From Octopus vulgaris (taxonomy: Eukaryota), in the NCBI GenBank assembly GCA_951406725.2, contig OX597815.1, forward strand, positions 177,754,001-177,818,000: DNA of 64,000 nt, read 5' to 3'. This document shows positions 25,770 through 39,299 of this stretch, one piece after another. The position numbers were made by a program, and so were the translations under genes. The notes under the pieces were generated by a model. The model was given only the letters and a program-made list of their open reading frames with translations. It ran no database searches and was not told the DNA's origin. How positions within the stretch are numbered: the first letter of the stretch is position 1; every line of letters starts with the position of its first letter.

Positions 25770-28253
25770 CTAGTAACATATGGGGTTAATATCCGCTCAC
25801 ATGTTTCGTGTTACTTTTGCTGACAGCATTTTTAAGTTACATAATTTTTGCGGGAGTGTGTTGTGTCTTGTTAAAACACGCATGGCCTCTCGCAGCAAAC
25901 GGCAACCATCCTCGACTTAACACGCTCTCTACAACTCTTCAACGTATGCAGGAGACTTGATTCTAACACCTTGTGCTATTATGTGAGTTTACATGGCATG
26001 ACCATTGTTTTTTGCCACCCCAAAAGCCATCAAAGCTGGAAATATTTAGTAGAAACATACCGACGCAACACACAATCAGATAATAAACAAGATAACAGTT
26101 AAACTTTCATATTCCAAAACTCAAATTTCAATTGCTACAAAAGCAACCTGAATCAGAATTAAATGAAATTGGTGGGGAAATTCTGCACAGTCAAGATTGA
26201 TATTTTATAGTAAGAATGGCGGTAAATTAAATATTACGACTTCAAATTATGCACGTTAAAAATTTTCTAAGTTGTATCTAAGTAGAGATTAGTTTAAAAT
26301 AGCCCTGTAATATTATGGCAATCTATACCCTCTCTTAATCTTTAGAAGGCCCAGTCTGCATTCTCACACGTATCATCTTAGGCTGGATTTTCTAAATTGT
26401 GATACTCCCAATGAATTTCAGTCTCTAATGAGTGCCCTTTCGACAGTAATTACATATGTAATAATGTAGTGCATAGATGCATTGTAGAAATGCATAACAG
26501 TTTAAATATCCGTTTCGACAAGAACCACACTTCTGTCAATCCAAATCTAAAATCTACTCTTCCCTTAGCAGAATATTTTCTCTTTAAGCTTAAGGTTGTT
26601 CAGATTAAAGCCCGTAGGTTATTTGTCGATTCTGCTAAACCTTAATAGGGGCATCAGGGATGCAGATTATTTACACGTTAAGGCAATTTTATTTGTTATG
26701 ATTGATAATCAATACCTAATAAATACGCGAAACGGATTTGTTATTGATAAATGCAGTCATCGTATAAAGTGGGTATTTAGTGCAGAATTAACCAGTAATC
26801 GATTACAAAACTTACCGGTATATGTAAACCGTCTGCGTATAGTGTAATATTCTTTCTGCCCTTAATCTTCTCATAATCTTCTCATTCTAGTTGGAAGGAT
26901 CCTGTACAGGTGAAACTGTGTTGAATCATGCTAGTACTCAATAAATACCACACAAATTTTACGTACTCATGGTGGTGGTGCAGCGTGAATATTGTCCAAT
27001 GAGAGAATCTAGTAAATATCTCATATTGTCATTTTTGTGTTTCAATTTTGTAAACCCCAGACACTTAGATGTTCAAAGGTCCGGAAATATCAGTTAAGGG
27101 GAAGTCAACAAGTTGACAAAGGTCTCTGACTGCTTTCACTCCTGTACCTTACATAGACAACACTTCCCTTACAATCCTTGTTGTACCGAGAAGTACTGTC
27201 TTCTGCATGACCTGTAACCTTGCATAAATTCCCATTATATATACAGAGACCTCGATACCACCTGATAATCATCCCAATGCAGTGAGGTTTGAAGAGTAGG
27301 TGCTGTTCACCAGTATTTTGTGGACAGAAGACCAGTGTGAATGGGCCTTTCTGAGAATGCACATGTAATCCGAAGGGCATAAAGACGAGAGCGTGCCTAC
27401 ATGGAGTGCGATTGGTGATCGAGGTGACTGAAATGTGTGGGGTTCCTTAGTTGACCCTGGGTGAAGCTTCCCCATTTTCGGGACTTATATTGTTTAATGT
27501 TATTGTCGATTGTAAATATTTTCCTGTTTCCCTGCGCTACATGAAACCCACAACGGTCATTTGTTTATGTTTCAACCTTTTTGTTTTGTGTGCAGCAATT
27601 ACGGCCAACGAGAAAAGTAGAGAATTATTATCATTATCATAATTATAACAAAAATATCCATCACAACAATATTATATCTTGCTGGATGTTTTTTTTATTT
27701 TATTTTTTTTTTTACATTTCTGTCACATATTTGATTTTATTTATTCTCTTTAGTCCTTTATCGATTAGATTTATTTTTATTTTTCATATTTTTTTTCCTT
27801 TGAAATTGATACGTATGTTAACATTTTTATTTTTTGTTTATTTCTTTTTGTTGTATTATAAACACTTTGGCCAGCTGACTCATTTACTCTGTTCATGTTT
27901 ATTGCTATTTATCTTATTCTGTCTGTGATTTGTTTCCTTTTTATCTGTTTTTCGTCATAATTCCTATAATTTATGCATTAGTCTGCGTTTCCATTTTTCA
28001 TGTGTTATCTTTTTCATGGTTTTTTTTATTTGTCTTTAATTTTCTTTATTTTAACATTATTTCGATTTTTGTTCTACGTCTCCGAATAGTCTTACATTTA
28101 TAAAAAAAAATATAAGATTTGCATTTTCAATCTCCATTTAAATTTCAATATCTTTAGTTTGTCAAAGATCAATGAAACAATTCTAATGAATGATTCGAAA
28201 TGTCAGTAACGGGACTACAGCGATTATTTCAATTATACATTTATACACACACA

Positions 28254-28330
<77 letters not shown>

Positions 28331-28336
<6 letters not shown>

Positions 28337-28447
28337 GAAGATATAAACTTCGGTTGTCAGTCAGTAATTTACACCCAAATAAAAAAAATTAGGATATATA
28401 TGTACACAGACACAGACACACACACACACATGCACACACACACATAC

Positions 28448-28514
<67 letters not shown>

Positions 28515-28605
28515 GAAGATATAAACTTCGGTTGTCAGTCAGTAATTTACACCCAAATAAAAGAAATTATGATATATATGTACACAGACACAGACACACA
28601 CACAC

Positions 28606-28643
<38 letters not shown>

Positions 28644-28650
28644 GTATATA
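28331..28650 (+). repeat. Tandem duplication of a ~180-bp unit including (CA)n/(TA)n
   Basis: atagtagaagatataaacttcggttgtcagtcagtaatttacacccaaat occurs at 28331 and 28509. Confidence 0.9.
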
Positions 28651-28681
28651 TATACTATTTATATACTAGTTATATGCAGTG

Positions 28682-28882
28682 TGGAAGGCGTTTTTAAGTC
28701 GTATAAAAACACACAAATGCCGTTAGATTCACTTCAACATTCAAATATAATTTGTCAAAATTTTCCTTGCTTTGAAACCGCGACCTGTTCATTGACAAAA
28801 GTTTTAGCAAATTAAAATTTAAATGTTAAAGTGAATCTTACGATTTTTTCTGTGTTTTTAAATGACAAATGAACACCTTCCA
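28682..28882. mobile_element. Degenerate foldback element with hammerhead-like centre
   Basis: Arms tggaagg..gattcactt..acatt and aatgtt..aagtgaatc..ccttcca; centre 28751-28800 is closed by tttgtca/tgacaaa. Confidence 0.55.
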
Positions 28883-29018
28883 TGGTACAATTGTAAAATA
28901 TAATAGGAGCGATGGAATATGATGTTGAGTTTTATTTTTTCATAAATGAGTAATGGGAAAAGTCAAGTGACGTAAGCAGAAGCTATAGGGTATGGAACTT
29001 AGAATATACACACAAACA

Positions 29019-29117
<99 letters not shown>

Positions 29118-29627
29118 TGATAGATAGATTTGCCTGTATGCTTAAAGAATAAAATATCTAGATTACTTTTATGTACTGCTAGTCTGAGATGTTAAGCATT
29201 TTCTAATCTTGATTTCTAGTTTGTCTTACATAGGTGCTGATATGTACTTTTATTTACAACGGTGAATTTACACTTTGTTATGTTGAAAGACTGACTGCGC
29301 TGCTTTTTCCCTTTTATATGGAACACTCTGTTATTAATGCGTTTGAAAGTTTTCCTGTTCTTGCATGTGGTGTGGTTGCGCGAATTTGTCTTGTGTTCTG
29401 ATCGCGTTTTCATTTCTCCAGCTATTGTTTTAACGGTTGTTCTGATGGTTTGTACACTTACGGGATCGTTATTTGTTTTCCATCTAAATTTCTAAGCCGT
29501 TTCTCGACAGTGGGACTGTGGCCTGTTCTTTTCTTTTGATAAATGTTAAAGGTGTATTAACCTCCTTGGTCTCTCCGTTGACAGCTTTCCATGTTTTGAT
29601 CTGCGTCTCTTTCGCACAAAATCTACC

Positions 29628-29851
29628 TATTTCTTTATTACCCACAAGAGGCTAAACACAGATGGGACAAACATGGACAGACATAGGTATTAAGTCGATT
29701 ACATCGACCCCAGTGCGTAACTGGTACTTAATTTATCGACCCCGAAAGGATGAAAGGCAAAGTCGACCTCGGCGGAATTTGAACTCACAACATAACGCAG
29801 ACGAAATACCGCTAAGCATTTCGCCCGGCGTGCTAACGATTCTGCCAGCTC
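29628..29851 (-). mobile_element. SINE family A with TSD tctacc
   Basis: Reverse complement of family A; tctacc at 29622 and 29852. Confidence 0.9.
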
Positions 29852-30221
29852 TCTACCGAGGAATTTGCTGCAGACGGAGAAGCTTGGTTAAAGTATAAGC
29901 TTGTGTGATTTATACTGACATTGCTGTTAATTCTGTTTGAGAGAACAAAACGTTCTTGTTAATTATCCGCTTTCAGGGTCGATGGCAATACCCTCCTTCG
30001 CTGTTTTTGCAATATCTTGGACTTCTTGATTTCGAGATTGGTGTCGCTTTCGTTGTTGTAATTGGTCTCGATGTGTTTATGGTGTTAGTAAACAAGAGTA
30101 CTTTCGGCCTCTTTGCGGGAGGACAGAAAATGTTTTGGTGGTTGGCCCTACTGCATGAGCATCACCTAGCCTTCCAGCCTAATGGCACAACGCTGGTTGG
30201 TTCTCCGTCTTCTGTATAAAT

Positions 30222-30607
30222 GATGGAAGCACTCCGTCGGTTACGACGACGAGGGTTCCAGTTGATCCGATCAACGGAACAGCCTGCTCGTGAAATTAAC
30301 GTGTAAGTGGCTGAGCACTCCACAGACACGTGTACCCTTAACGTAGTTCTCGGGGATATTCAGCGTGACACAGAGAGTGACAAGGCCGGCCCTTTGAAAT
30401 ACAGGTACAACAGAAACATGAAGTAAGAGTGAGAGAAAGTTGTGGTGAAAGAGTACAGCAGGGATCACCACCATCCCCTGCCGGAGCCTCGTGGAGCTTT
30501 AGGTGTTTTCGCTCAATAAACACTCACAACGCCCGGTCTGGGAATCGAAACCGCGATCCTACGACCGCGAGTCCGCTGCCCTAACCACTGGGCCATTGCG
30601 CCTCCAC
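30222..30607 (-). mobile_element. Full-length SINE family B with 10-bp TSD
   Basis: A box tggcccagtgg and B box gtttcgattcc; ctgtataaat at 30212-30221 and 30608-30617. Confidence 0.92.
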
Positions 30608-30901
30608 CTGTATAAATAATCGGCTTGTCTATCAAATTTTCAGCTGTCAACAGCATCTATATTTGATCGCTATGAAGTTCCCCTGGGTGTCAATAGTGCT
30701 GATTTTTTTTTTTACTATGATATCACATTATTACGGTGAAATATTTCAAACCCGATCTTTGTGTCACTTTTGAGAATATCACATTATTCATATGTGTCAT
30801 AAACTATGACAAGCTCAATAAGTATTCTTTTGAAGAGCGCGTACTGAAATTTTACTTAAGTTCCCCGTCCAATACCAGTTCGTAGAGTCTTTCTCTCCCC
30901 T

Positions 30902-31124
30902 GAAACGTTAGCACGCCGGGCGAAATGCGTAGCCGTATTTCGTCTGCCGTTATGTTCTGAGTTCAAATTCCGCCGAGGTCGACTTTGCCTTTCATCCTTT
31001 CGGGGTTGATAAATTAAGTACCAGTTACGCACTGGGGTCGAAATATAATCGACTTAATCCGTTTGTCTGTTTTTGTTTGTCCTGTCTGTGTTTAGCCCCT
31101 TGTGGGTAGTAAAGAAATAGGTAT
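30902..31124 (+). mobile_element. SINE family A
   Basis: Near-identical to the copy at 2755-2970. Confidence 0.9.
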
Positions 31125-32014
31125 ATCGAACCGCAAAACTCTATCGAGCACTCTGCATGTTCTGCGATCGGTTTGTTCACATTGATTATTTTGTTGATAG
31201 ATTATAGATTAAGGACCTCCTCCTTATCAGGTCATTCACTCTCGTAGCATGGCCACGAAAATCAGTTTTACACGGTCGTTTGCATATTTTTTCTTTGCTG
31301 AAATCATTGTCAACCGTGTTAAACCCACCGTCGCTTTGCCAAACAACTCTTATTTGCCAGCAAATGGAGGCGTTGCTGTTGTTGTGTGCTATTGTCGTCG
31401 TTGTTGTTGTGGTGGTGGCGGCGGCGACGGTGGCGGCGTCGGCGTCGGCGTCGGTGGTGACATCGTTACTATATTTTGTCGTTTAATATTCTATCTGGAA
31501 TGTCATTTTTACACTTATCTTTCTCAATATTGTTGTTATCGTTGTTGTTGTTGTCGTCCTTGAAATCCAGATTGGTGGTTTTGTTCTTGTGGTTGCCTAC
31601 CTGCAACACAGCATTGGCTGATGTAGCACGGAAGCTCCATAGCTCTCCTTTTCCTTTATAGTATCACCGCCATTCTCTTCGTTCCTTCTCTGTCTCTCTT
31701 TCTCCTTCTCTGTTTCTCTCCCGTGTTTATATTTATTTCTCGACTAATATTATTGTTTAATTAGTTGAAGATGTTCTAAAATTTTAAAAGAAAAATATTT
31801 GTTCTAACTAAAACAAACATCATATCGGAAATCCCTTCTAGTATGGAAATATTATACGAAAAACGTCTCCTGAACAGCTACCAGATTCTTTCCTCGCTTC
31901 ACTTATACAACAAAGAAAGAAAATACAGTCCCATTCAGTCTTGATTCCATCACAAACTCCTAGCAGCCAAAATTATGGCTGTCTTGCCATTATTATCATC
32001 ATCATCACCCTTAT

Positions 32015-32133
<119 letters not shown>

Positions 32134-32134
32134 C

Positions 32135-32165
<31 letters not shown>

Positions 32166-32178
32166 ATTATTATTATTA

Positions 32179-32235
<57 letters not shown>

Positions 32236-32256
32236 ATTATAATAATAATCATAATA

Positions 32257-32915
32257 ATGAGAGCACTATACTGGCAGCATAGGACCCTGCTTTGGTCACA
32301 AATTAGAGGTTCAACCTTTGGAATGAGCAAGTGTCGCCATTGTGCCACATCAAGAAAAGAACGGACGAAACCATTCCCAATATCACGAACGAATACCCCA
32401 AACTTGCTCAAAACCGCTACACGTTGTGGCGATACGATCAGGTTCCGAAAGTGTCACGTTGGAAACTGCACCAAAAGTCGGGTCTATAGAGAGTGAAACC
32501 GCAGAGAGTGGCTGAGTCGTAGACTTGTGAAATCCTCTGGGATTTCCCAATCAAAACAAGTCAGGCGCCAGAGCATTACAGATCTGACCTAGTTGCGGTG
32601 GACAAGGTGCACCAATGTGCTATATAGTCGATGTTGCATGCCCCTTTGTACCACGAAGAGTCAAGAAGGAAGGCGAAAAATAGATATATACAATCCTTTT
32701 AAGTAAGAAATAACCCACCCCTAGAAAATGAAGAATGTGAAGATAGTGCAAATTATTGTTGGTTCTTTTGGGGACAATATCAGGGAATCCTTGACCGGTA
32801 CCGGATCGATCCCCAAATCTAATTAGTTTGTGCCAGTCAAGGGGTCAAACGTCCCTGAAAGTTTCATCCGAAGTATTTGGTGATATCTGAAATGGATAAA
32901 GAAGCAGTGCAAAGA
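32257..32915 (+). mobile_element. Decayed R4/Dong 3' fragment between TAA/TTA arrays, with a small nested insert
   Basis: LWDFPIKT, DLVAVDK, IVDVACP and IIVGSFG endonuclease-region motifs. Confidence 0.7.
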
Positions 32916-32955
32916 CAACAACAACAACAGCAACAACAACAACAATAACAATAAA

Positions 32956-33034
<79 letters not shown>

Positions 33035-33067
33035 TTAATAATAATAATAATAATGATAATAATAATA

Positions 33068-33602
33068 GCAGTGGCTCTCATGGCTTCTGATCTTAACTGA
33101 TTGGAAGTGTTATCATGTACATTGTTTTGTCTTGGTATAAAAGATGGGCTACAGCAAATATTCTGCTCAATACCACAGATTTGCTTGTCAGTTGTTTGAC
33201 CTTAACCAGTTGAGCATGTCCCTTAGTGGCTGACGATATGTGCATCTCTGATCACGAGCAGAAGTAGTGGGGGAGCATCATAGCCATGTGTTGAGAAGGA
33301 TTCTTTGGGGTTTGAATAATTCACCTCTGGAAACATGGGTGTTTCTTCAACGTCCTTAAACAACCCTTATTCAGGGACCTTTTGAGCGGGATGGGTTACT
33401 CGATCTGAAGAAAATTCTAACTGGGCTCCACCTGCAAGGTCATGTGCTGTTTATCTTGATATGAGATCACCATGTCGCGCACATATGGTTGTGATGCATG
33501 TGCCTGGTGTACCCTTATCAGACGGGTAGTTATGATGGGTATACTGGGCTTCGTATATTTTACCCCAGTGTCACTTTGATGGCATGCTCTGCTCGCTCAC
33601 TC
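33068..33602 (+). mobile_element. (TAA)n-bounded non-coding repeat, probably an R4/Dong 3' UTR
   Basis: Flanked by (TAA)n; a second copy lies at about 34420-34840. Confidence 0.6.
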
Positions 33603-33690
<88 letters not shown>

Positions 33691-33692
<2 letters not shown>

Positions 33693-34407
33693 GTATCTCA
33701 ACAGGCACGATAGAGCTGCACAATATATTCACTGGGTAATCTGTAAAAACCTGGATTTGCCCCATGAAAAAAACTGGTGGGAACACAAACCACCCCCAGT
33801 GCTTGAAAATGACCACATCTCACTCCTCTGGAACTTCACCATTCAAACTGACAGGAAGATAGATGCAAATAGGCCAGACATCATATTGAAAAACTTCAAA
33901 CAAAGAACATGCCTCCTCATTGATATGACTGTCCCAATCGATATAAACGTATCTGTCAAGACCTACCAAAAACTGAGCAAATATAAAGATCTTGAAATAG
34001 AAATCAGCAAAATGTGGAAGCTGAAGACTAAAACAATACCTGTTGTCATAGGTGCCCTGGGAATGATAGCAAAAGGGGCTGATAGCTACCTAACTCAGAT
34101 ACCAGGAAACCCAAAAATGGCAGAAGTTCAAAAGATAGTGCTCATGGGAACTGCTCATATCCTACGCAAAATACTCTCTATGTAATCTCAAGGTTTAAAA
34201 CAAACATAATTTTCGGTTTAAAAAAAAAAAAAAAAAAACCTTTTTTTTTCTTTTTAGACATTCATTAGTACAACATCCCCACCCCCCAAATATATGGCAC
34301 ACTAGGCATAACAACAACATGAACTTCCAACCCTGTTGTCTCTTGAGGTCTCTGGGTGAGACTTGGAGCCAACTTGTACAAATATAAAGCAAAAGTCAAA
34401 CATAGAA
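33691..34407 (+). mobile_element. R4/Dong LINE 3' end (restriction-like endonuclease)
   Basis: ORF 33757-34185 with RPDI..LIDMTVP..KLSKYKDL; (TAA)n on both sides. Confidence 0.92.
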
Positions 34408-35210
34408 TAATAATAATAATACGAGCAGAGTAGTGGTGAAGCTATGCCCTGATGTTGTACCAGACAGTGGCTCTCATGGCCTCTGATTTTAACTGACTGG
34501 AAGTGCTATCGTGAACATTGTTTCGGGCTACAGGACATATTCGGCTCAATACCACAGATTTGTTTGTCAGTTGTTTGACCTTAACAAGTTGACCATGTTC
34601 CTTAGTGGCTGATGATATATGCATCTCTGATCACGAATAGTGGGTGGAAATATATCCATGTGTTGAGAGGAATTCTTTTGGGTTTTGATAACTCACTTCA
34701 ACATCCTTAAACAACCATTTTTCAGGGACCTTTTGAGCAGGATGGGCTACTCGACTTGAAGAAAACTCTAACTGGACACCACCTGCAAAATCATGCGTAG
34801 TTTAACTGAATATGAGATCACCATGTCGCGCACATATAGTTTTAGGAAAATATGCCAAAGTCAACGTAACAAGATAGAAAGTACTTCAAACTATGAAATT
34901 AAACATTAAATTGATATTGACACTGAAATCAAAGAATAAACCAGAGAATTCATAAAATAATGATAATTATTAAGATTAAATGGATAAAATAAAGCAACCG
35001 CAGCAGCAAAGAAAATATTCAGAATATCAGCAATACAGATGTGCTTCATAAATATTAAAATCTGAAACTAAAAATAGAAGACGCAAATCGTCTCATACCT
35101 AGACAACAGGTTCAACATATTATACAGCCATTAATTAAGAGTAGTGAAATACTTGGCCGAATCTACTACTTGAGTTCCAGAGCTACTTCTCTATATTTAT
35201 GTAAGTGAGG

Positions 35211-35291
35211 ATTTTCAACCATGTTTCGTGCTCTGCTACCACAACAGTTCCGTTATAGGATCCAGTTAGCTCAAGACATCATCAGGAGGAA
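35211..35291 (-). ncRNA. Degenerate hammerhead-like motif
   Basis: CUGAUGA (35285-35279)...CAC-GAAAC-AUG-GUU; stem I is weak. Confidence 0.35.
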
Positions 35292-35439
35292 CCACGTCCG
35301 GTTTCGGTACTTACTCCTCTCGTTTTGACGTGCCCTCCCCCCCCCCCTTTCGGAGGTGTCTTCAACTCTAGTGTTGGGTGCATGTCTCCTTTCTCCTTCT
35401 TTCTTCTGCTCCCTGGCCTTCTCGATGTAGCGTCAACAA

Positions 35440-35560
35440 GTGTCAGCGGGCGACTGGCTGTCTTGTCAAATTTCCCTTTAAATACCCGCAGTCGGGCTCC
35501 AGCAGGCAGCCCCAGCAACTTGTCACGTGACACTGTCTATATTTTAACTGACCAATGGAG
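35440..35560 (-). promoter_or_regulatory. Pol II promoter-like cluster (CCAAT, GTCACGTGAC E-box, TATA-like box, Inr-like site)
   Basis: ccaat 35552-35556, palindrome 35522-35531, TATTTAAA 35484-35477 about 29 nt before ccagtc; locally GC/CpG-rich. Confidence 0.5.
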
Positions 35561-36480
35561 GGTGCGTAGTCTTAGCCCACGCATTCTCTAAACGAGACCG
35601 TCACGTCTGTTGCTTCTATTATCATGTAATCAGAGCTAAAGAGACGTTTTTGATATATGCGGTTCTTTATGATGTTTACACGCATCTTTTCACGTCCAGT
35701 GTGAGACAAAAGCATGATGCAATTCCGTCATGGATGCAGAGCTCTCATGTAATTTCACTCATTCAAAAGCTACACGTGGAACGTTTTCTACTTAAGAAAA
35801 AAGGCTGAAAGTGATAGAGCAAGTATTGGAACACAAAGGCACGAAGTTCATAAATATATCTATGTGTGGATATGGATACAACTACAGATATGATCGCACG
35901 CATGCACAGATTATATAAAAATTTGTAACGCAAGCTACCGCGCCGTCTGATGCGTAATTGTGTGTAATTAATACCAAAACGGATCTCAATGCTTGTCATA
36001 AACAAGCTTCATTTAAAGAAGCATCCGAACAAACCAAGCAGTGTGATAAAATCCGGCACCATATCGATACAAAACTCATAGTGGTGCGCAGAACCATGCA
36101 AACAAGTGTGTTTTGTGTATGTGTGTGTGCGTGTGTGTGTCTATGTTTTTATACGCGTGCGTATGTGCGTATTGAGCGGTGTGTATATTTGTATCTTCGT
36201 CGTAAATGGATAAACATGGGTTCCAAAATAAAGCACTTTGTGTCCTTCACAGAGCAACAAAGCGCCTTTCATACAGCATAAATGGTTTTTAACTCTTATT
36301 TCTTGCAATAGAGGTGTTTCGGCGCCGACAGTCATAATTGGGGACGATTAAAGTTTTCCTTTTTGGAGTTACATTGCTTCTAGCTGTTTATGTTAATTTA
36401 TCTGTCCGGCAGTCGTCATGATACACCACTAACCGCTAAACCTTTTTCAAAAAATGTCCTCTCCGTTTATTTCTATGTTC

Positions 36481-36516
36481 CTTTCTGATGGAGAGCGTAG
36501 GCTCGAAACGTAAAAG
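36481..36516 (+). ncRNA. Ultra-minimal hammerhead motif in a pLTR fragment ending at (TA)n
   Basis: CUUU-CUGAUGGA-GAGC GUAG GCUC-GAAAC-GUA^AAAG. Confidence 0.6.
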
Positions 36517-36607
36517 ACTCTCTTACTTCTCGGGTGTTAAACTAATGCATTTGTTTGTTGCTTACACACCCAGCTTCGTCTTTTGTTTTTTTACGTAAAT
36601 TCTCATT

Positions 36608-36661
<54 letters not shown>

Positions 36662-37141
36662 CTGTGTGTGAGTGTGTGTGTGTATGCGTATGTATGTATA
36701 TATTTGTATAAATAGATACACGTTTTCCCATACATACGAACATAGGAAGAGGGAACGTAAAAAGTTAGACGAAGAAGAAGAAGAACAACAACAACAACAA
36801 TAACATCAACAACAACAAGAATGAAAATATGTAACATCCCAAATCTCAAGAGCCTAATCGAACAAGTGAACAAAGATAGAAAGATAGAAAGATAAATAGA
36901 TTTTAAGCTATGCCAAATATATTCGTGTCATATTAAGACGCAATTTTTACAGTATATTAAAATCTCAAAAGCTGCACGAAGTATTCTTTGAAACAAAAGT
37001 TGGTGGAATGTATGTTTACTCCATCTTTTGTAAGATTTCTTAAAACAAAAATATATTAGACTTTTTCTTCCGTCGAAACATTTCCTTCCATATTACTAAT
37101 AATATGCAATCTAGTAAGTTTAGTTTACTTTATTAAGCGTA

Positions 37142-37252
<111 letters not shown>

Positions 37253-38244
37253 TTATTTATTATATTTATATTTATATTTATAGTTATATATATGTGAGTG
37301 TGCGTGTGTTTGTATTTACATACATACACACATATGCATGAATAATGTTATTAAAAATCTTTACCGAGGGCACTTTGTATTGATAGATATTCTTTCTAGA
37401 TGTATGTAATTGTTCAGTGTATTTTTCATTGAAGAAATGATATGCAAGAACTCATAAATGGAAATTTCATTGTCTTTGGCAATTTTCAAAGCAAAATTTT
37501 TTTTTTTTCTCCACAGATTGGAAAGTAACATATTGCATTCATTTGCTTATTTTAGTTTGTGGAAAGATAAAATGTATTCAAGTTTTATTGAACCAGATGA
37601 CTGAATTCATATATTTTACGTTTTGATTGCTCATATCATCAGCTATGAAAGAAAGAGAAGAAATATTATATCCATTTGTATATTGAATACGCACAAAGAT
37701 GTAGTTAGACAAAGTGAAACATCGTTGTTCTCGAAACAGACAGTGACCAAATTGTACAACGTCATATTATTAGAGAGAGAAATCGGTGACTAAAAACTCG
37801 TCCGATGTACTTAATGTTTAGAACTGGTAACAACTAAGTAATCATCATTATTTGCCCACCGATAGAATTTATACAGCAATTGGAGTGAAAGAAATTTTCT
37901 TAGAGGTGTCAGGTCATGTGTTGTACATTCAAATGGCCAGAATATAAAGTTTGGAATTTCATTATTCAAATTTAGGCATCTTTCAATCTTGTGCATTTGC
38001 ACACTTCATTCAAACGTATTCTTTTAGTCTTTTACTTGTTTCATTGATCATATTATGGACATGCTCCAACACCGCCTGTAACAAATCAAATCGAGCGAAT
38101 CGACCCCCCCCCCCACCTTACTTTCTTGACGATTGATGGTGTGGGAGAAACCGAGAGACAGTCACACACACACACACACACAAACACGCACAAATACACT
38201 CACACACACACTTATATGTATGTTTATATAAGGGAAAGGCAAAA

Positions 38245-38416
38245 GCCGATACGGCTTGGCACCAGTGATGTCGCAACTCATTTCGACAGCTGAGTGAACT
38301 GGAGCAACGTGAAATAAAGTGCTTTGCTCAAGAACGCAACACCCATCCCGCTCCAGGATTCGAACTCACAACCTCACGATCGTAAACTCGACACTAACCA
38401 CTGAGCCATGCGCCTT

Positions 38417-38418
<2 letters not shown>
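38245..38418 (-). mobile_element. SINE family B-type fragment
   Basis: Reverse complement of tRNA-like head tggctcagtgg..gttcgaatcc. Confidence 0.75.
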
Positions 38419-38504
<86 letters not shown>

Positions 38505-38599
38505 ACTGTCTTTTCCAGAATGGAGGCGAACACCTTTCTCCATGTGATCAGCTTGATGTTGTTTGATAAATTAGTAAGGCACTAAGATATCTTCCTACT

Positions 38600-38930
38600 T
38601 CTCTTAATCTTTTGTTGGCGCAAATCTCATTAGGGGACCTCCACCCACTATGAACCTACACCAGCTGATCTGCCTATATATTTATGCATATCTGACAATG
38701 CTGCGTGTATGCCATAAGGTCTGCAAATCTATCGGAGGGCTTAAAAGACATTTTGAGTTCCACAAGGATCAGACTTAACTGCAGCTCTTGGTGGTCCAAG
38801 TCATATATGCAATCTATATGGGTGCAATCTATGTCTGGTTTAAAAAGCCATATCATACGCCATGATAGGTCTAAGGTATAGGTACAGGAGGTTGTCAGAC
38901 TCTACATAAGGAGCAGACAACCACCATATA
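38600..38930 (+). mobile_element. RTE-like LINE 3' end with two decayed C2H2 fingers
   Basis: RVCHKVCKSIGGLKRHFEFH and SGLKSHIIRH. Confidence 0.5.
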
Positions 38931-39299
38931 GTTACATATTTAGGAGTTGGTTATAGCTTTACTTATTGAAATTTTTGCCGATACTGTTGTACATAGGGTA
39001 AATGTGTTTCAAATTTGCAGCTTCTTTAGTATGTTTGTTCTGAAACAACACTTATTTTAGTACTGGTGATACCGCCGGATTGAATGGTACTGCCCAGGTG
39101 TCGAAACCATAATGATATCCGTAAGGTTTCAAATAGATGGATGTTGGATTGTTGTTGTGGCTGTTTTTGTATATGTGGATTATTATTAAAATACATCCTT
39201 TTGATATGTGTGTGTGAGTGCGTGTGTGTGTGCGTGTGTGTACATGTGTGTGTATGTGTGTACATATATATTCTATTCTGTCATTAATTGTTGATATTC

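Larger units (their letters stand above)
29200..31745 (-). pseudogene. Large low-complexity relic exon interrupted by three SINEs
   Basis: Long open stretches, e.g. KYSNDVTTDADADAATVAAATTT..RRRSLIYNLSTK (~95 codons) and FCPPAKRPKVLLF. Confidence 0.4.

Noticed and set aside
27105-27480. Possible Tx1/L1 RT remnant (YIDNT)
   Set aside because: Only a single degenerate motif.
30530-30607. tRNA gene
   Set aside because: It is the head of a SINE with a body and TSD, and has no acceptor stem.
33228-33270. CUGACGA in the TAA-bounded repeat (CUGAUGA in the copy at ~34609)
   Set aside because: No GAAA and UH in the correct geometry.
35230-35241. TGGTAGCAGAGC initiator-Met PBS on the minus strand
   Set aside because: No CA-ending LTR before it and no gag after it.
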